From positions 12,772,001 through 12,836,000 of the forward strand of contig OX597834.1 in NCBI GenBank assembly GCA_951406725.2: a DNA stretch of 64,000 bases. The letters run 5' to 3'. Of the stretch, positions 40,211-53,549 are shown piece by piece. The notes beneath the pieces were generated by a model. The model was given only the letters and a program-made list of their open reading frames with translations. It made no database searches and had not been told where the DNA came from. The stretch is from Octopus vulgaris (taxonomy: Eukaryota). Numbering within the stretch: position 1 is the stretch's first letter; every line of letters starts with the position of its first letter. A program made the translations under genes and the position numbers.

Positions 40211-41554
40211 CGTATGTTAGTTTTGTCAGACTTACAGCCTAACGAATGATTTCGAACAGTTTGAATTTGTTGGATTTTAATACTGCTTAAAATCCGTGAC
40301 ATTGACTTTTTTTTTCGTTTTTATATTTTTATGAATATATGTTGCTGTGTTTTTTTCTTTTACCTGATAGTCTAGCTTCATTTCTCTAGCTATACTAAAG
40401 TCTTTTATTGCTAGACATTTAGACTTGTTTTACGCAGACAATAACACTTTCTCTTTCGATGATCACACACAAGGGAAAAAGTAGTAAACGGCACGAAATA
40501 TTTCCTTATGCTAATCAGGCAATGGAGAAACTATAAAAATGTAGAAGCAACCAATGATATTTAGATACGTTTACGTTTTGTTTGCTACTCAACTTGATTA
40601 GTTCAAGGGCCAGAAACATGGCGGAAATCTTTAGATGAACGTGACTTGGTTAATGGAAGAGTATAATGGAGAAAAAGAAGATAATGAATCTCCGTGCTGA
40701 GGGGTTTCTTTCTTTTCTTTGCATTTTCTTTCTTTATCTTCTCTCTTTCCCCTTTTTTCATTTCACTCTTTCTCTTTTAGCTATATTTTTTTTTTATTAT
40801 ATTCGTTTTATTATTTTTCTTCTTTGTCTTTATTTCTTTATCGTATTCACAATGTCTGCTTCTCTTTCGTTTCCTTTCGATATTCAAAATATATTTACTT
40901 GGATTTTTTTCTTTCGCTCTATATTTTATTTTATTTTATTTCATTTCATTTCATTTCATTCCTTTCTGTGCAGAGCATTCTAGAGGCTGTATTATTGGTT
41001 AAGCAAAAATTATTTGAAAAGATGTCCCATTGAATAAAAGCGTTTCGCAACAGTTCTGTACTAAACGGCTCACTGTACTATGTTATACAATACGCACTAA
41101 TTTATACAATGCACTGAATAAACAATATAGTGAGTTATACAATGCATTTCAATAACATCAGGAGACCACACACGAGCAAAACAAAATTTATAGTGCCTGC
41201 TTCTATTGATGTACTATTTTTCTTGCATATGCATTTTTCTTTTCCCTGTGTTACTTTATTGTTATTCGAGTGATTCAATGTCCCTCTATTTTTATGCTGT
41301 TCTGAACGTAACATTAACCAATTGAGAAATAAATATCAAACATAAGGTTTGTGGGGTAGGTTATCGTGTCTGTTTCTGTTTAGACTAGTTTATTTAATAA
41401 ACCTGTTCAACTCTGAGAGATTTGCAAACGTTAGTCACTAAATACAGAAAACACTGCATGTAAGTGATAAAATTACTTCATGAGATATTGTCCACGATTT
41501 GAACATGTTTAAAGAAAAATTAACAAAAGATTTATTAGTATCCATTTAAAATGG

Positions 41555-41745
41555 TACGTTACTCGACCGCGTGCATCATTCTATTATATCAAGAATCCAT
41601 GTAAAAAGAGCTACTACATCTTGGAGTCGAGGGATCACACTTGTGTTACGCGGAATATTCGGTTAGAATGCCTCAGAAAATGATTGTAAAACGGGTTCTT
41701 CAAACCGAGCCAGTCAGAGGATCTAGAGGTAGACCCTACGTGTAT
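41555..41745 (+). mobile_element. Old RTE-type LINE fragment
   Basis: Reads VRMPQKMIVKRVLQTEPVRGSRGRP, resembling the post-RT HV.RM...RGRP motif. Confidence 0.55.
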
Positions 41746-42074
41746 TGTTAGGATTATATACATAGGTTTATTAGATCTTGCTTTGGAATCTAACAAGAAA
41801 TTTTTATCCCGTTTACTAACGCACTAAACAGTGATAAAAAATTATTGAGTTCACATCTCCCCATTCAGATTCGACATACGTTTTATCTAACCACTGGTTT
41901 CCAGGAATTATTCTTATATTCAATTTCAGAGACCTAGCACACATTATACTGTGTAGCAGAAATTTTTGCATGGCCCAGGATCACCAACTGAGCAGGGGGT
42001 TTTTTATCTTAATAATGTCAAAATTTTATATTTCGTCTCTGGTCTGAAAAATAAAATTTCATTAAGTATGATTT

Positions 42075-42225
42075 TGATTTCAAAATTTGGCACAAACCCA
42101 GCAATTTCAGTGTTCAATTTTATCGACTCCTTCACAATGAAAGGCAAAATCGAACTTGGCGAAATTTGAGCTCAAAACGTAAAAACAGGCAAAATGCCAT
42201 TAAACATTTTGGTATACGCGCAAAA
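42075..42225 (-). mobile_element. Old SINE family B-like fragment
   Basis: ATGAAAGGCAAAATCGAACTTGGCGAAATTTGAGCTCAAAACGTA matches antisense family B. Confidence 0.65.
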
Positions 42226-43327
42226 CAATCATCCATCTTCCACTTGGCGTTGAATTGAAATATATTTACGTGTGTTCTGAATCTATGATTTGGACACAAT
42301 TCTCCGGGAAAATCAGTTCAGGAAAATACATTACATAACGAATGTATATAAAACAGATGAAAGTACTAAAATATTTAATTATTGCGTTGGCGAAATAGTC
42401 TCGACGATCGCAACAGCTAACCAAATTATCAACTGTAGTGTACATAGCTTATTAGCTTTTCTGAATTCAAAGAAGGTATAACGAATTCAAAGGAAATGTA
42501 ACATGGGGTTGTAATTTTCATCATTTTCGAAACAGCAATACATACATAATTCAAATGAAAGAAATATAATTAGTCACTAAACTGCGTCGTTAACTGGTTT
42601 ATCCAGCCACATTCCAGTATTTTACGGCGCCCGTTCCTCATTATTGGGAAAGGCATTGAAGTAGCTTTCCAATAAAAACTGGATAATTACGTGTAATATA
42701 ATGCAATCAAGATTTATAAGGAATTGATTGAAAACTATTATATATTCTACAACTTATATTTTCCCCTACGTATCAGGCAAATGCTGTTATGCTAATACAT
42801 TTAGGTGTTGGAAATTATAGCAGAAGTACTTAACTGTTGGATTACGACGAGGATTACTCTCTCACGGTTTATCAATTTCGGAGATTATTATTGAATGAAA
42901 CGGTCTTATATTCCTATAATTAACACATGTGTAATGAATCTCCGCAATTTGTTCCGTCTCAATTGAGCGAGATCCACGAATGCCATGTTAATTGGTGCGG
43001 CCGAACCAGCAATTTGTATCATGCAGTGCGACCAACAATAATAAGCATTCCGATCGATGTTCTTCTCCGACACATTTCGTGGATATTTATTTCGGTATAA
43101 ATTGCCAAAATAATTGCAAATAAATATTCAGTAACTGCAGAAAATGTTGTATATTCAAGCAAGCGGCGGCTACACCGTGAGTCTAAGAGAACGAACGCGT
43201 GTGTGTATGTGTATTTATACGCTAACATCGGGCAGTAAGAGTGGGTGCTCAAAACCGCATTGGCTGATTAATATTATTTATTCTTTTAAATGTTCTTTCA
43301 ACCAAATAACAAAAGGAGGTAGTGCAG

Positions 43328-43552
43328 AGGCGCGTGTGTGATTGTATGGTAAGACGCTTGCTTCCGAACAATATGTTTCCGGTTTCAGTCCCATAGCTTG
43401 GCACACACGGCATGTGTTTTCTGCTATAGACACGAACCAGCCAGAGAATTGTAGCTGGATTTGGTAGACGGAAACTGAAAGAAGGCCGTTGTATGTATAT
43501 ATTTGTATCTTTCTGCCTTTGTTTGTCTATCCAACATTGCTTGACAACCGGT
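43328..43552 (+). mobile_element. Diverged SINE family A (3' truncated)
   Basis: GGATTTGGTAGACGGAAACTGAAAGAAG and CATTGCTTGACAACCG are retained. Confidence 0.78.
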
Positions 43553-43668
43553 ATGTCAAATTAAAGTCAAATGATGCAAGTATCCTTTCTACTCTGTAAG
43601 ACGGAGCGTGTCATCCAAAGAGTGATACAACAAAGAGGGCGAAAAGAAAACCTGCAACATTAACTGTG

Positions 43669-43700
<32 letters not shown>

Positions 43701-43766
43701 GTGTCTGTCTATCTAGTTATCTATCTGTCTATCTATCTATATATGTATTTATATATATATACATGG

Positions 43767-43798
<32 letters not shown>

Positions 43799-44894
43799 AT
43801 GTATCTAGTGTATCTTTCTCTGTGTCTCTCTGTCATTCTCTCTACATTTCATGCTCTCTCTCACTCTCTCACTCTCTCTCTCTCTCTCACTCACGCGCTC
43901 TGTATCTAATCGTGTAAGATTTTCATCGTTTTCACGTTTGATTTTTGTATGTGTTGTCGCACATATTTTCTCACTTTCTTCCAAAAATTTAATGCCCTTA
44001 GCGTAAAGTTTTGGGCCCTACCAATTTTAAACAGTCTTAAGTGTAACATGCCGAGACCGTAGCGATAATCAGAAGCTTGATAAATGAATATAAAGCCACG
44101 ATTTTTTTTGTTGGTTTTACTGGCCGTCCTTGTATCGTCCATCTGTCCGCATGATTTCATTATCGTCCGTTACGTTCTTGTTCCGTTTCTTTCATATATA
44201 TATATATATTTATTATTTATACTTTTAGCACTTTTTTCCGTTATCTGAAACAATTCAGCAGAGGAGAATGAGGGGAGAGAGGGACAAATTAGATAAGAAG
44301 CTGTAGGGGTGAGAGAGGAGGATAGAATGGGTGATAGTAAAGATGAAGGAAGGAAATGAAGTTAGGTGTGTGAATGAAGGGAAGAGAACGAGAAATGTTT
44401 GAGAAGGAAGCAGAAGTAAAGCAGGATTAGGATTATGAGTATGGTCAGAATTGAATAAAAATATTCCTTTTTCTTTCCCACCCAAAATTGTCACTAAGTG
44501 GAAAAAAAGAACAAAAGCAAGTCTGGCCACACTAAAAAAAAAAACGCCTCATTTAGCTCCAAATACTATGAACATAATATAACACATCGTAATATTGTAA
44601 AACATAAATAACTATAAAAACCATAAATGGCCATATATATCAAAGGAGTGCAGCCAGAAGAGTTGCAGGATATCCCGAAACTATTTGGAGACAGTTGTTA
44701 AAGCCAATGGCGATTTAATTGAATAAAATAACACTTTACTATTTCAAGATACCTTTGTGTAAGTTTTATCAATATATCTGTTAAAATGAGATGTCAGTTT
44801 AATTTTTCATTTCTGTGTAATTTAGACGACGGTCTATTCAGCTCACCCTGTATATATATGAAGGCGTTTATGTTTATGTATTTCCTGATCACTG

Positions 44895-45052
44895 GCACAC
44901 GCACGCACACACTTAAATATATACATACACACATATTTACACACACACACACGCACACTCACATATACATATAAACACACACACACACACACACTCACAT
45001 ATAAACACACACACACACTCACATATACATATACACACACACACATACATAT

Positions 45053-45085
<33 letters not shown>

Positions 45086-45350
45086 CACACACACACACAC
45101 ACTCACATATACATATAAACACACACACACACACACTCACATATACATATAACACACACACACATATATACATATAAACACACACACACACATATAAACA
45201 CACACACACATATAAACACACACACACACATAAACACACACACACACATAAACACACACACACATATAAACACACACACACATAAACACACACACACACA
45301 CATATAAACACACACACACATATATAAACACACACACACACATATATATA
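44895..45350. repeat. (CA)n-based compound microsatellite with ATAA/CTCA interruptions
   Basis: Direct inspection. Confidence 0.95.
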
Positions 45351-46814
45351 TAATATGTATGTATGTATGTATACGCATAATTATGTACTTATATAAATGT
45401 ATATAAAACGAACATTAGAGATAGTCACATACATATGTATGCATGTGTATATATATATATATATGTATGTATGCTTCTGCACAGCAGTGTGTCCATGATA
45501 TATAATCGATGGGATTTGCATATTGGATCAATTCGTTTATAATTATTCTCTCATTCTTGCAATTTATAATTATTGTGGCATGGACATGCATTATATTTAT
45601 CACGTCTTTCAATTTCCAAATTCAATCCTTCATTGTGAAAATAGTAGAAACAATGCTTTAATAATATCTTTAACAAAATCTACATTGATTCAGGATCTGG
45701 CACAATAGCCGCAGTGTTTCTAGATTCATTTGAATATTTATTAAACAATCGCGTGGGCAGTTGAGAATGAGCGTCAACAATAGTTTTTCTTTCTGAGTAG
45801 AATTATATTTTAGAATCGATAATTATCTTACAAAATAGGCCACGGATATACCTGGAATGACCCGTCTCGGAAGATAAACTCTTGCATGTATATATATATA
45901 TATATAAATTTATATATATATGAACCAGCTGGTAAAAGATGTCTTCCTGATGTTTAAACACCAGCGTCGTGGCATTTCTGTGAAAACACCCACGTTTTAG
46001 AGGCGATAAACAATACCTTGTGTGTTCGAATACTGATTTTGTCTCGAAACAGATCTTTTCTAATGAAATAGTTTCCTAGTTACAAAATCAATGATTGGAA
46101 GACAGTGAATTTTTCTATATATTGCAAGCGGGTGCATGACATATCTGCTCAGAGTCCACTAAAGGCACACACAATGCAGTGTTCATCCTGGAGCTATGGT
46201 AGAAGCCCATTTGCAGTTGTTTTCAAATCACAAGACGAGTCCCAAGCACAGATCTTCAATAACTTACTTATACCTGTTACGTTTCCCTCGGTATGTTTTT
46301 CGTAGTTTCTTTCCGATATCATGCTAGCTGTCTATTCTAACATTTTATCCACCCACCTCAACAGAATGTATTGTTTATTTTATTGGAAAAACAACAAAAT
46401 GTTATTTAACACCAGATTGATTCTATTTTACTCAATTCCCAGTTGAAAGAAGCGTGCAATCTTTCATATAATAGATGTTATTTAATGACACTTTTTTAAA
46501 GTGAAATAAGCTCTGAGATTTATAAATGAGAACGACTTTTCGTTTACGACATTTACGATGGTATAAGTAAATATATAGGAATAGTGATTAAAGCTGAATT
46601 CACAATCGTATCTTTAGTATAGCGTGTGAATTATCTGTATACAATGTCACCAATATTTCCCATATGAACAATTTGATAATAGACATTATTACGAATATTA
46701 ATCTTAATTCTCAGATAAATGCATGTGCATACGCAATCATATGCATATATCTAGCTATCTATCTATGCATCTATTTATCTGAATGTCTGTCTGTCTATTT
46801 ATCTATCTCTATGT

Positions 46815-46995
46815 ATATATATATATATAACTATATGTTAATATATATACATATATATATATATAACTATATTTAAATATATATATATAACAATATGTAA
46901 ATATATATATATAACAATATGTAAATATATATATATAACAATATGTAAATATATATATATATATATATAACTATATGTTAATATATATATATATA
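46815..46995. repeat. Short tandem repeat ATAACWATATGTWA(AT)n
   Basis: About six variable copies. Confidence 0.85.
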
Positions 46996-47552
46996 TATGT
47001 GTGTGTGTGTATGTATGTATGTATGTATGTATGTATATATATACGAGTATCCGTCTCTATGTATATATACATTTCTGTGAGTATATACATTTACCTATTT
47101 CTCCGTATATGTGTGTGTATATATATGTGAGTACAGTGAGGGAGAGAGGTAGAAACTACACAAGAGAGCAAGAGAGAGAGAGAGGCGAGAGGGAGAGAGA
47201 AATATACATGCAAATGCATGTGAGTATTTTGGTCTCATATTCTCTAAACATACAAAGAATATATCAGAAAACCCTAAATGTTTATGTGTGATATAATTCT
47301 ACAATTATTTATTGGTAGACCTTAGCTATTAAGATAATGGACTTTGTAATAAGGTGTATACTTCTGTTTCCCGGATATGATATCTATTTATAATTATAAA
47401 TATCCCATCGACATTCTACATAAATAAAGTATCAAACATTATATACAGAAAATGCATACAATTGTATTGTGTTCAGTTTTTCAGGAAATCACTGCACCAA
47501 CGTGAGTAATATAAGTATTACTAATATAATATTGTTAGTATGCCTGTGTGTA

Positions 47553-48040
47553 TGGAGGTGCAATGGCCCAGTGCTTAGTGTAGCGGATCGTGGTCGTAGG
47601 ATCGTGGTTTCGATTCACAGACCGGGCATTGTGAGAGTTTATTGAGCGAAAACACCTAAAGCTTCACGAGGCTCCGGCAGGGTTTGGTGGTGAACCCTGC
47701 TGTGCTCTTTCGACGCAACTTTCTCTCACTCTCTCTTCCTGTTTCTGTTGTACCTGTATTTCAAAGGGCCAGCCTTGTCACGCGGAATCTCCCCGAGAAC
47801 TACGTTAAGGGTAAACGTGTCTTTTGAGTGCCCAGCTATTTGCACGTTAATAAATGAGCTGCAACATCACTGGTACCAAGCTGTATCTGCATTTGTCTTT
47901 CCCTTTGATAGCATTGGTGGCATGTAGAGGGGAGGCTGGTATACATGGGCGACTGCTTGTCTTCCATAAACAACCTTGCCCAGACTCGGAGTGTAATTTT
48001 CTAGGGGCAATCTCATGCTCAGTCATGACCGAAGGGGTCA
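47553..48040 (+). mobile_element. SINE with family C head and a different (family D-like) body
   Basis: Head matches 2995 and 37671 up to CTTTCTCTCACTCT; it then continues GTTGTACCTGTATTTCAAAGGGCCAGCCTTGTCAC..GAGAACTACGTTAAGGGTA, homologous to the antisense of 49560-49640. Confidence 0.8.
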
Positions 48041-48245
48041 CAACAACATACCAGTCTGTACCATTATAACTTTCTATTCATATTAAACCACATTAATCAG
48101 GCTTCAAATTTTGGAACAATGCCAGAAATTAGGGAGGATAATGACGATTCCATTGACGCATACTTTATTTTATTGATCCCCGGATAAAAGAAATTTCCAG
48201 GTGACTTGGGCGGTATTTGAACTCAAAGCTGTATATATATATATA

Positions 48246-48479
48246 TATTTCTTTATTGCTCACAGGGGGCTAAACATAGAGGAGACAAACAAGGACAGAC
48301 AAGGGGATTAAGTTGATTATATTGACGCCAGTGCATAACTGGTACTTATTCAATCGACCCCGAAAGGATGACAGGCAAAGTCGACCTCAGCGGAATTTGA
48401 ACTCAGAACATAACGGCAGACGAAATACCGCTAGGCATTTCGCATGGCGTGCTAACGTTTGTGCCAGCTCGCCGCCTTC
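48246..48479 (-). mobile_element. SINE family B, full length
   Basis: Reverse complement of 10847-11078; preceded by an older B-like fragment (about 48105-48228). Confidence 0.9.
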
Positions 48480-49054
48480 AGTATATAGCCAGAAGGAATT
48501 GCCTCTAAGCGTCTGTAGCACGTGCCAATGATTCTCCCAGTTAGTCTCCTGAAACAATAAATATCCCACCTAAATATATGCCCCCCCCCCCCCATCATCG
48601 CACTTGGTTTCCTGATTACCTCGTTATCAACATGATTTGATATTAGATATTCTATCGAAATTCCGCATGAAAATTGCTGCATTGTTTCCGGGATTGGCAA
48701 ATGCTACGATATAACATAGGCTCGCATTTAATTGCTTTATCAAATTCGATTTTCAACACAATTACTATTGATGATGATCACCAGAAACAACTCATTTATA
48801 TTTCTCTGTTATGTTTGTTTCAATGGCGCAAATATTCTAGCCCTCATCTTTCCATACATTGATGAGTTTTTTTTCCATTATTAATGACGTAGCACGCTAA
48901 TTATTTACTTGTGTGATAAGAGGATGAAAACGGAAAATTTTGTTGTGGATACGTCAACAGATATACATTGCTTCGTTTTGAAATTGAGCTGAGATTCGTA
49001 ACTGAACGAATGATATTTGTATATTCTTCTTTATTTTATCATCGCAGTGTACAA

Positions 49055-49774
49055 CTACTGGAACTATATCGGTGGCGATAAAGTGCGTTCTAGTTAATCC
49101 GATCGACGGAACATCCTTTCCGTGTAATTTACGCGTACTGATAACAGTTCTCTGAGGGATTGAACGTGACATAAAATATCACAAGGTTGGTTTCCAGTTA
49201 ATCCGATCAACGGAACAGCCTTCTCGTGAAATTTACGCGTCCTGATAACATAGTTCTTGGAGGGATTGAACGTGACATAAAATATCACAAGGTTGGTTTC
49301 CAGTTAATCCGATCAACGGAACAGCCTTCTCGTGAAATTTACGCGTACTGATAACATAGTTCTCGGAGGGATTGAACGTGACATAAAATCTCACAAGGTT
49401 GGTTTCCAGTTAATCCGATCAACGGAACAGACTTCTCGTGAAACTTACGCGTACTGATAACATAGTTCTCAGAGGGATTGAACGTGACATAAAATATCAC
49501 AAGGTTGGTTTCCAGTTAATCCGATCAACGGAACAGACTTCTCGTGAAACTTACGCGTACTGATAACATAGGTCCCGGAGGGATTGAACGTGACATAAAA
49601 TCTCACAAGGTTGGCTTTTGTGAGATAGAGGTACAACTCGTTTTTGCCAGATGAATGGGCTGTTGCAACGTGAAATAAATCATCTTTCTTGATGGCATAT
49701 AGCGCTACCGGGAATCGAACTCATGACATTACGATTGTGAGCCGAATACCCTAACCACTGAGCCAGGCGTCTTC
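49055..49774 (-). mobile_element. tRNA-derived SINE family D containing a tandem amplification
   Basis: Minus-strand head GAAGACGCCTGGCTCAGTGGTTAGGG (A box)..GAGTTCGATTCCC (B box), followed by body and the array below. Confidence 0.82.
49086..49615. repeat. Tandem array of five 106-bp units
   Basis: ACAAGGTTGG recurs at 49181, 49287, 49393, 49499 and 49605 (exact 106-bp period); units are near identical and there are no unique spacers. Confidence 0.97.
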
Positions 49775-50581
49775 CCCCATGCCAGTGTTATACATGTGTT
49801 ATTCAATTACACTCTCTCTGCCTCTAATGCTATAATTATTTCGATGAAGTGCCAATCCTACAACTACTTCTTGCGTCAGATTTCTTTAATGCATTGTCTT
49901 TCAACCTCTGTTCCTTTCCAGATAAATTATTCATTCCATTTTCACATCTGCTACCCATTGTGCAATCGCATTCAACCATGGAACGGTATCCAGTAACCTC
50001 AACTGATATCCCTCCAGACAATATGTTTACACATACGAAGTTCTACTTGATTTTGTCGGTTGATTTAAGATCTGAACAGGAAATACACTTCTGTAGCAGG
50101 TTTTAATACTGCGCTAAGTATCGAAATAATTTGGAATACCTCTTCATTCCACGACTATCATTCTTTCTATCAGTAATATTCATTCAGAATGAGATCGTTA
50201 GAGCGAGAACAACTTTGTCAAGTTCCACGTTTGAACGCTTAAAACAGGTTGAGTTTCTATGTATATCTGGCCCTTCCTTGTATCATACAGCAAATAATTT
50301 ATTTAAGTTATCCATCTTTAGTATTATGGCATATCACTATAAAAAATGTGTTAACCCTAAAACGAAGTATGAATTATTAAGTAATTTAAAATCCTGCAGG
50401 GTTTTGCTTATGATCTCTATAAATATTCTCCATTTCCCTTCTTTTCATATTAATTACTATAATTTAGAATATGTGGGTGAGATAAAATTCACATTTTCGG
50501 GTCTATGCACGTATATATGTGTAAATGTTGTTCGCCAGATGCATGTATGTATTGTGTATGTATGTATATTTTTGTATATAA

Positions 50582-50951
50582 TTTTATTTTATTTTACTTG
50601 CTTCAGTCATTTGACTGCGGCCATGCTGAAGCACCGCCTTTAGTCGAGCAAATTGACCCCAGAGCTTATTCTTTGTAAGCCTAGTATTTAGAAAGGTTAT
50701 TTGCATCATTTGACTTTAATTTGACATACCGGGTGTCAAGCGATGGAGGGGAGACAAACAAAGACACAAAGATACAAATATATACATACAACGGTCGTCT
50801 TCTTTCCGTTTCCGTCTACCAAATCTACTCACAAGGCTTTGGTCGGCCCGAGGCTATAGTAGAAGACAGTTGCCCAAGGTGCCACGCATTGGGACTGAAC
50901 TCGGAACCATGTGGCTGATATGCAAGCTACTTACTACACAGCCACTCTTGC
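50582..50951 (-). mobile_element. SINE family A with altered middle; sense 3' fragment nearby at 51042-51152
   Basis: Both ends align to family A. Confidence 0.82.
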
Positions 50952-52404
50952 ATATATATATAAGTACGCACAAACAAACACGCACACATGCATTCATGCA
51001 CACATATGTGTGCACACACATTTATATATATATATATATATACTAGGCTTACAAAGAATAAGTTCTGGGAGCCATTCCAACGTCAAGAACCCTCTTTAAT
51101 GCGATGTTCCATGGAGGCCGTAGTCAAATGACTAAACAATTAAAAAGTAAAAACATATATATAGATATAGTATTTTTCACTCAAATACATGCTCACGTGG
51201 GAACTCTAAATTATACAAACTGTTAACAACGTGATAAACCAAGATACAATAAAACATTTTAGTGTTATATAATAAAGAGTTATTTAGTTTCGTTATAAAA
51301 TTTGAGGGCAATGCACATTTCTTTTCGTCTATATTATTTATCAAAACAAAATGTAGTTACGAAAATAGATATTGCAAAACAATCATATCTACATAAAGAA
51401 AATAAATTAGAAATAAATATGTATAAACATAAAAATCAACAGATGCACATATACACACATACACAATAGCCTTTGTAAGTATAAGTGTGTGTCTGTGTAT
51501 GTGTGTGTGTTTATATATATTTGTGTATATAGATATGTGTGTGTGTAGGTTTGTATATATGGATATGTACGTGACACAAAGATACATAAACAAAGAGACA
51601 GACGTAATTGAAGCTATACTTTGATAGTTTCGGTTAAATTGATATAAATAGAAAAAGCATACGTTTTAATATATAACGAGTATTGAAAAGACTGCTGTAA
51701 TACTGTCTCATTTTTTTTTTTATTCCTTAACTACAAAGAAAATAACGCATGGAAACGCAACACAACTTAAATGAACAATAAGCATATAATATCTGTAAAC
51801 ACTCTCTGCCAGAGTGAAAATAAATAAAAGAAATAATCACATCAAACGATGAGCAGAGAAAAATATAGGAAATTACACGTACCATAGTTTATGTGAAAGG
51901 ACGGAAAAGCTGGTTTTTTTTTTATTATTTAATTTACTTTTTTTTTTTTTGTATGAAGTCTATCATAAGCAACGTGAGTAAATTAATGCATATCGTCTTC
52001 AAATATGGCGGAGCATTATTGATTCAGAGCGCCTATTTCAATAAATATTTTGTTTATATTCGAATGTTCTCTGTTATATATTTATAGGTTCTTCGGGGAC
52101 ATATTATTGTTGTTGTTACTACTACTACTATTATCATCATAATCATCATTATCATTGTTATTATTGTAATTATTATTATTATGATTATTATTGTTATTAT
52201 TATTTGTTCTTTGCCTTTTTTTTCATGAGTGGCTTGTTTATTTTCTCTTAAGATAGCGCATTCTCTCACAATGAAATTTTCAGTCTTTTTTTCACTTTTC
52301 TTTTGGTTTTTTTTCCCTCTTTTCTTTAAATGCATCAAGACAAGTAGTGTTGCTTCAATTTGAAACAATTCTTGTTCAACCAGACATACTGAAAAACATA
52401 CACA

Positions 52405-52456
52405 AACACTCACTTACACACACATATATATGTATATATGTACAAACACATAAAAG

Positions 52457-52487
<31 letters not shown>

Positions 52488-52544
52488 AAACACATAAAAG
52501 TATACATATATATATATATATATATATAACAAACACATAAAAGT

Positions 52545-52589
<45 letters not shown>

Positions 52590-52802
52590 AACACATAAAA
52601 GTATACATATATATATATATATATATACAAACACATAAAAGTATACATATATATAATATATACAAACACATAAAAGTATACATATATATATATATATATA
52701 TATACAAACACATAAAAGTATACATATATATATATATATATATATACAAACACATAAAAGTATACATATATATATATATATATATATACAAACACATAAA
52801 AG

Positions 52803-52833
<31 letters not shown>

Positions 52834-52847
52834 AAACACATAAAAGT

Positions 52848-52890
<43 letters not shown>
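52405..52890. repeat. Minisatellite CAAACACATAAAAGTATAC(AT)n
   Basis: About ten copies of a constant 19-mer separated by variable TA tracts. Confidence 0.95.
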
Positions 52891-52894
<4 letters not shown>

Positions 52895-53301
52895 GTGTGT
52901 GTGTATTTACATATATATGTATGTTTGCGTAAATACCATTATATATCAGTTGTTGACTAACGTTTAGCAGTTAAGGCAATATTTGCAATGCTAATTTCAG
53001 CGTTTCAATAGATTTCCAGATAAACCAAATAGGAGAGAGAGGAAGCAACAGTGACACACAAGACAGATTGTTTATTGTATGAAGGTGCTAGCAGGTAAGA
53101 AATGCACGAGAATAGAGACCAAAGGAAAATCTTTATTTTATTTTGTTAAAGTTAAAGTATATAATTATTTATGTATAGCTCTGTATTAAATACTTCAGCT
53201 TTCAACCCTCTGTGTGGTAGCAGTCCGAAGAGTGAAAAAAAGGTAGATAGAAAAATGGCGTTCATGTGTGTGTGTGTGTTTAGGTGTGTGTATATGTGTA
53301 T

Positions 53302-53528
53302 ATGCAATGGTGTACTGAACAAAACCTGGTTTTCAGGATATCACGAAAGGCCGGATTGGAGGTTCATCTTTCCCAGTTCTTCTACATGGCTCAGGAAAAC
53401 TGAGACACTGCTGCAATAATTGTGTAAACCTGAGAGAGGAATATGTTAAATAAAATCATAACTGGTCATCCTGTGCTATTTTTTTTTTTTTTTACTCAAA
53501 ATCAGGAATTTTTCAGTAAACCCACGTA
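53302..53528. mobile_element. Old mariner-derived MITE
   Basis: Degenerate TIRs (GGTGTACTGAACAAAACCTGGTTTT / AAAATCAGGAATTTTTCAGTAAACC) and a remnant of a mariner C-terminus (CVNLREEYVK*). Confidence 0.55.
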
Positions 53529-53549
53529 CGATACTGATGCCCTGTTTTG

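Noticed and set aside
49086-49615. CRISPR-like regular array
   Set aside because: Whole 106-bp units are near identical with no unique spacers, the array lies inside a SINE, there are no cas genes and the context is eukaryotic.
49700-49774. tRNA gene
   Set aside because: It has A/B boxes but no convincing cloverleaf and continues into a SINE body; the same applies to the heads at 2995, 7169, 37671 and 47553.
50131-50643. 170-aa ORF
   Set aside because: AT-rich, no motif, TTG start, and it ends inside an antisense SINE A.
52405-52890. Constant repeat with variable spacers (CRISPR-like)
   Set aside because: The spacers are only (TA)n of varying length; this is a minisatellite.
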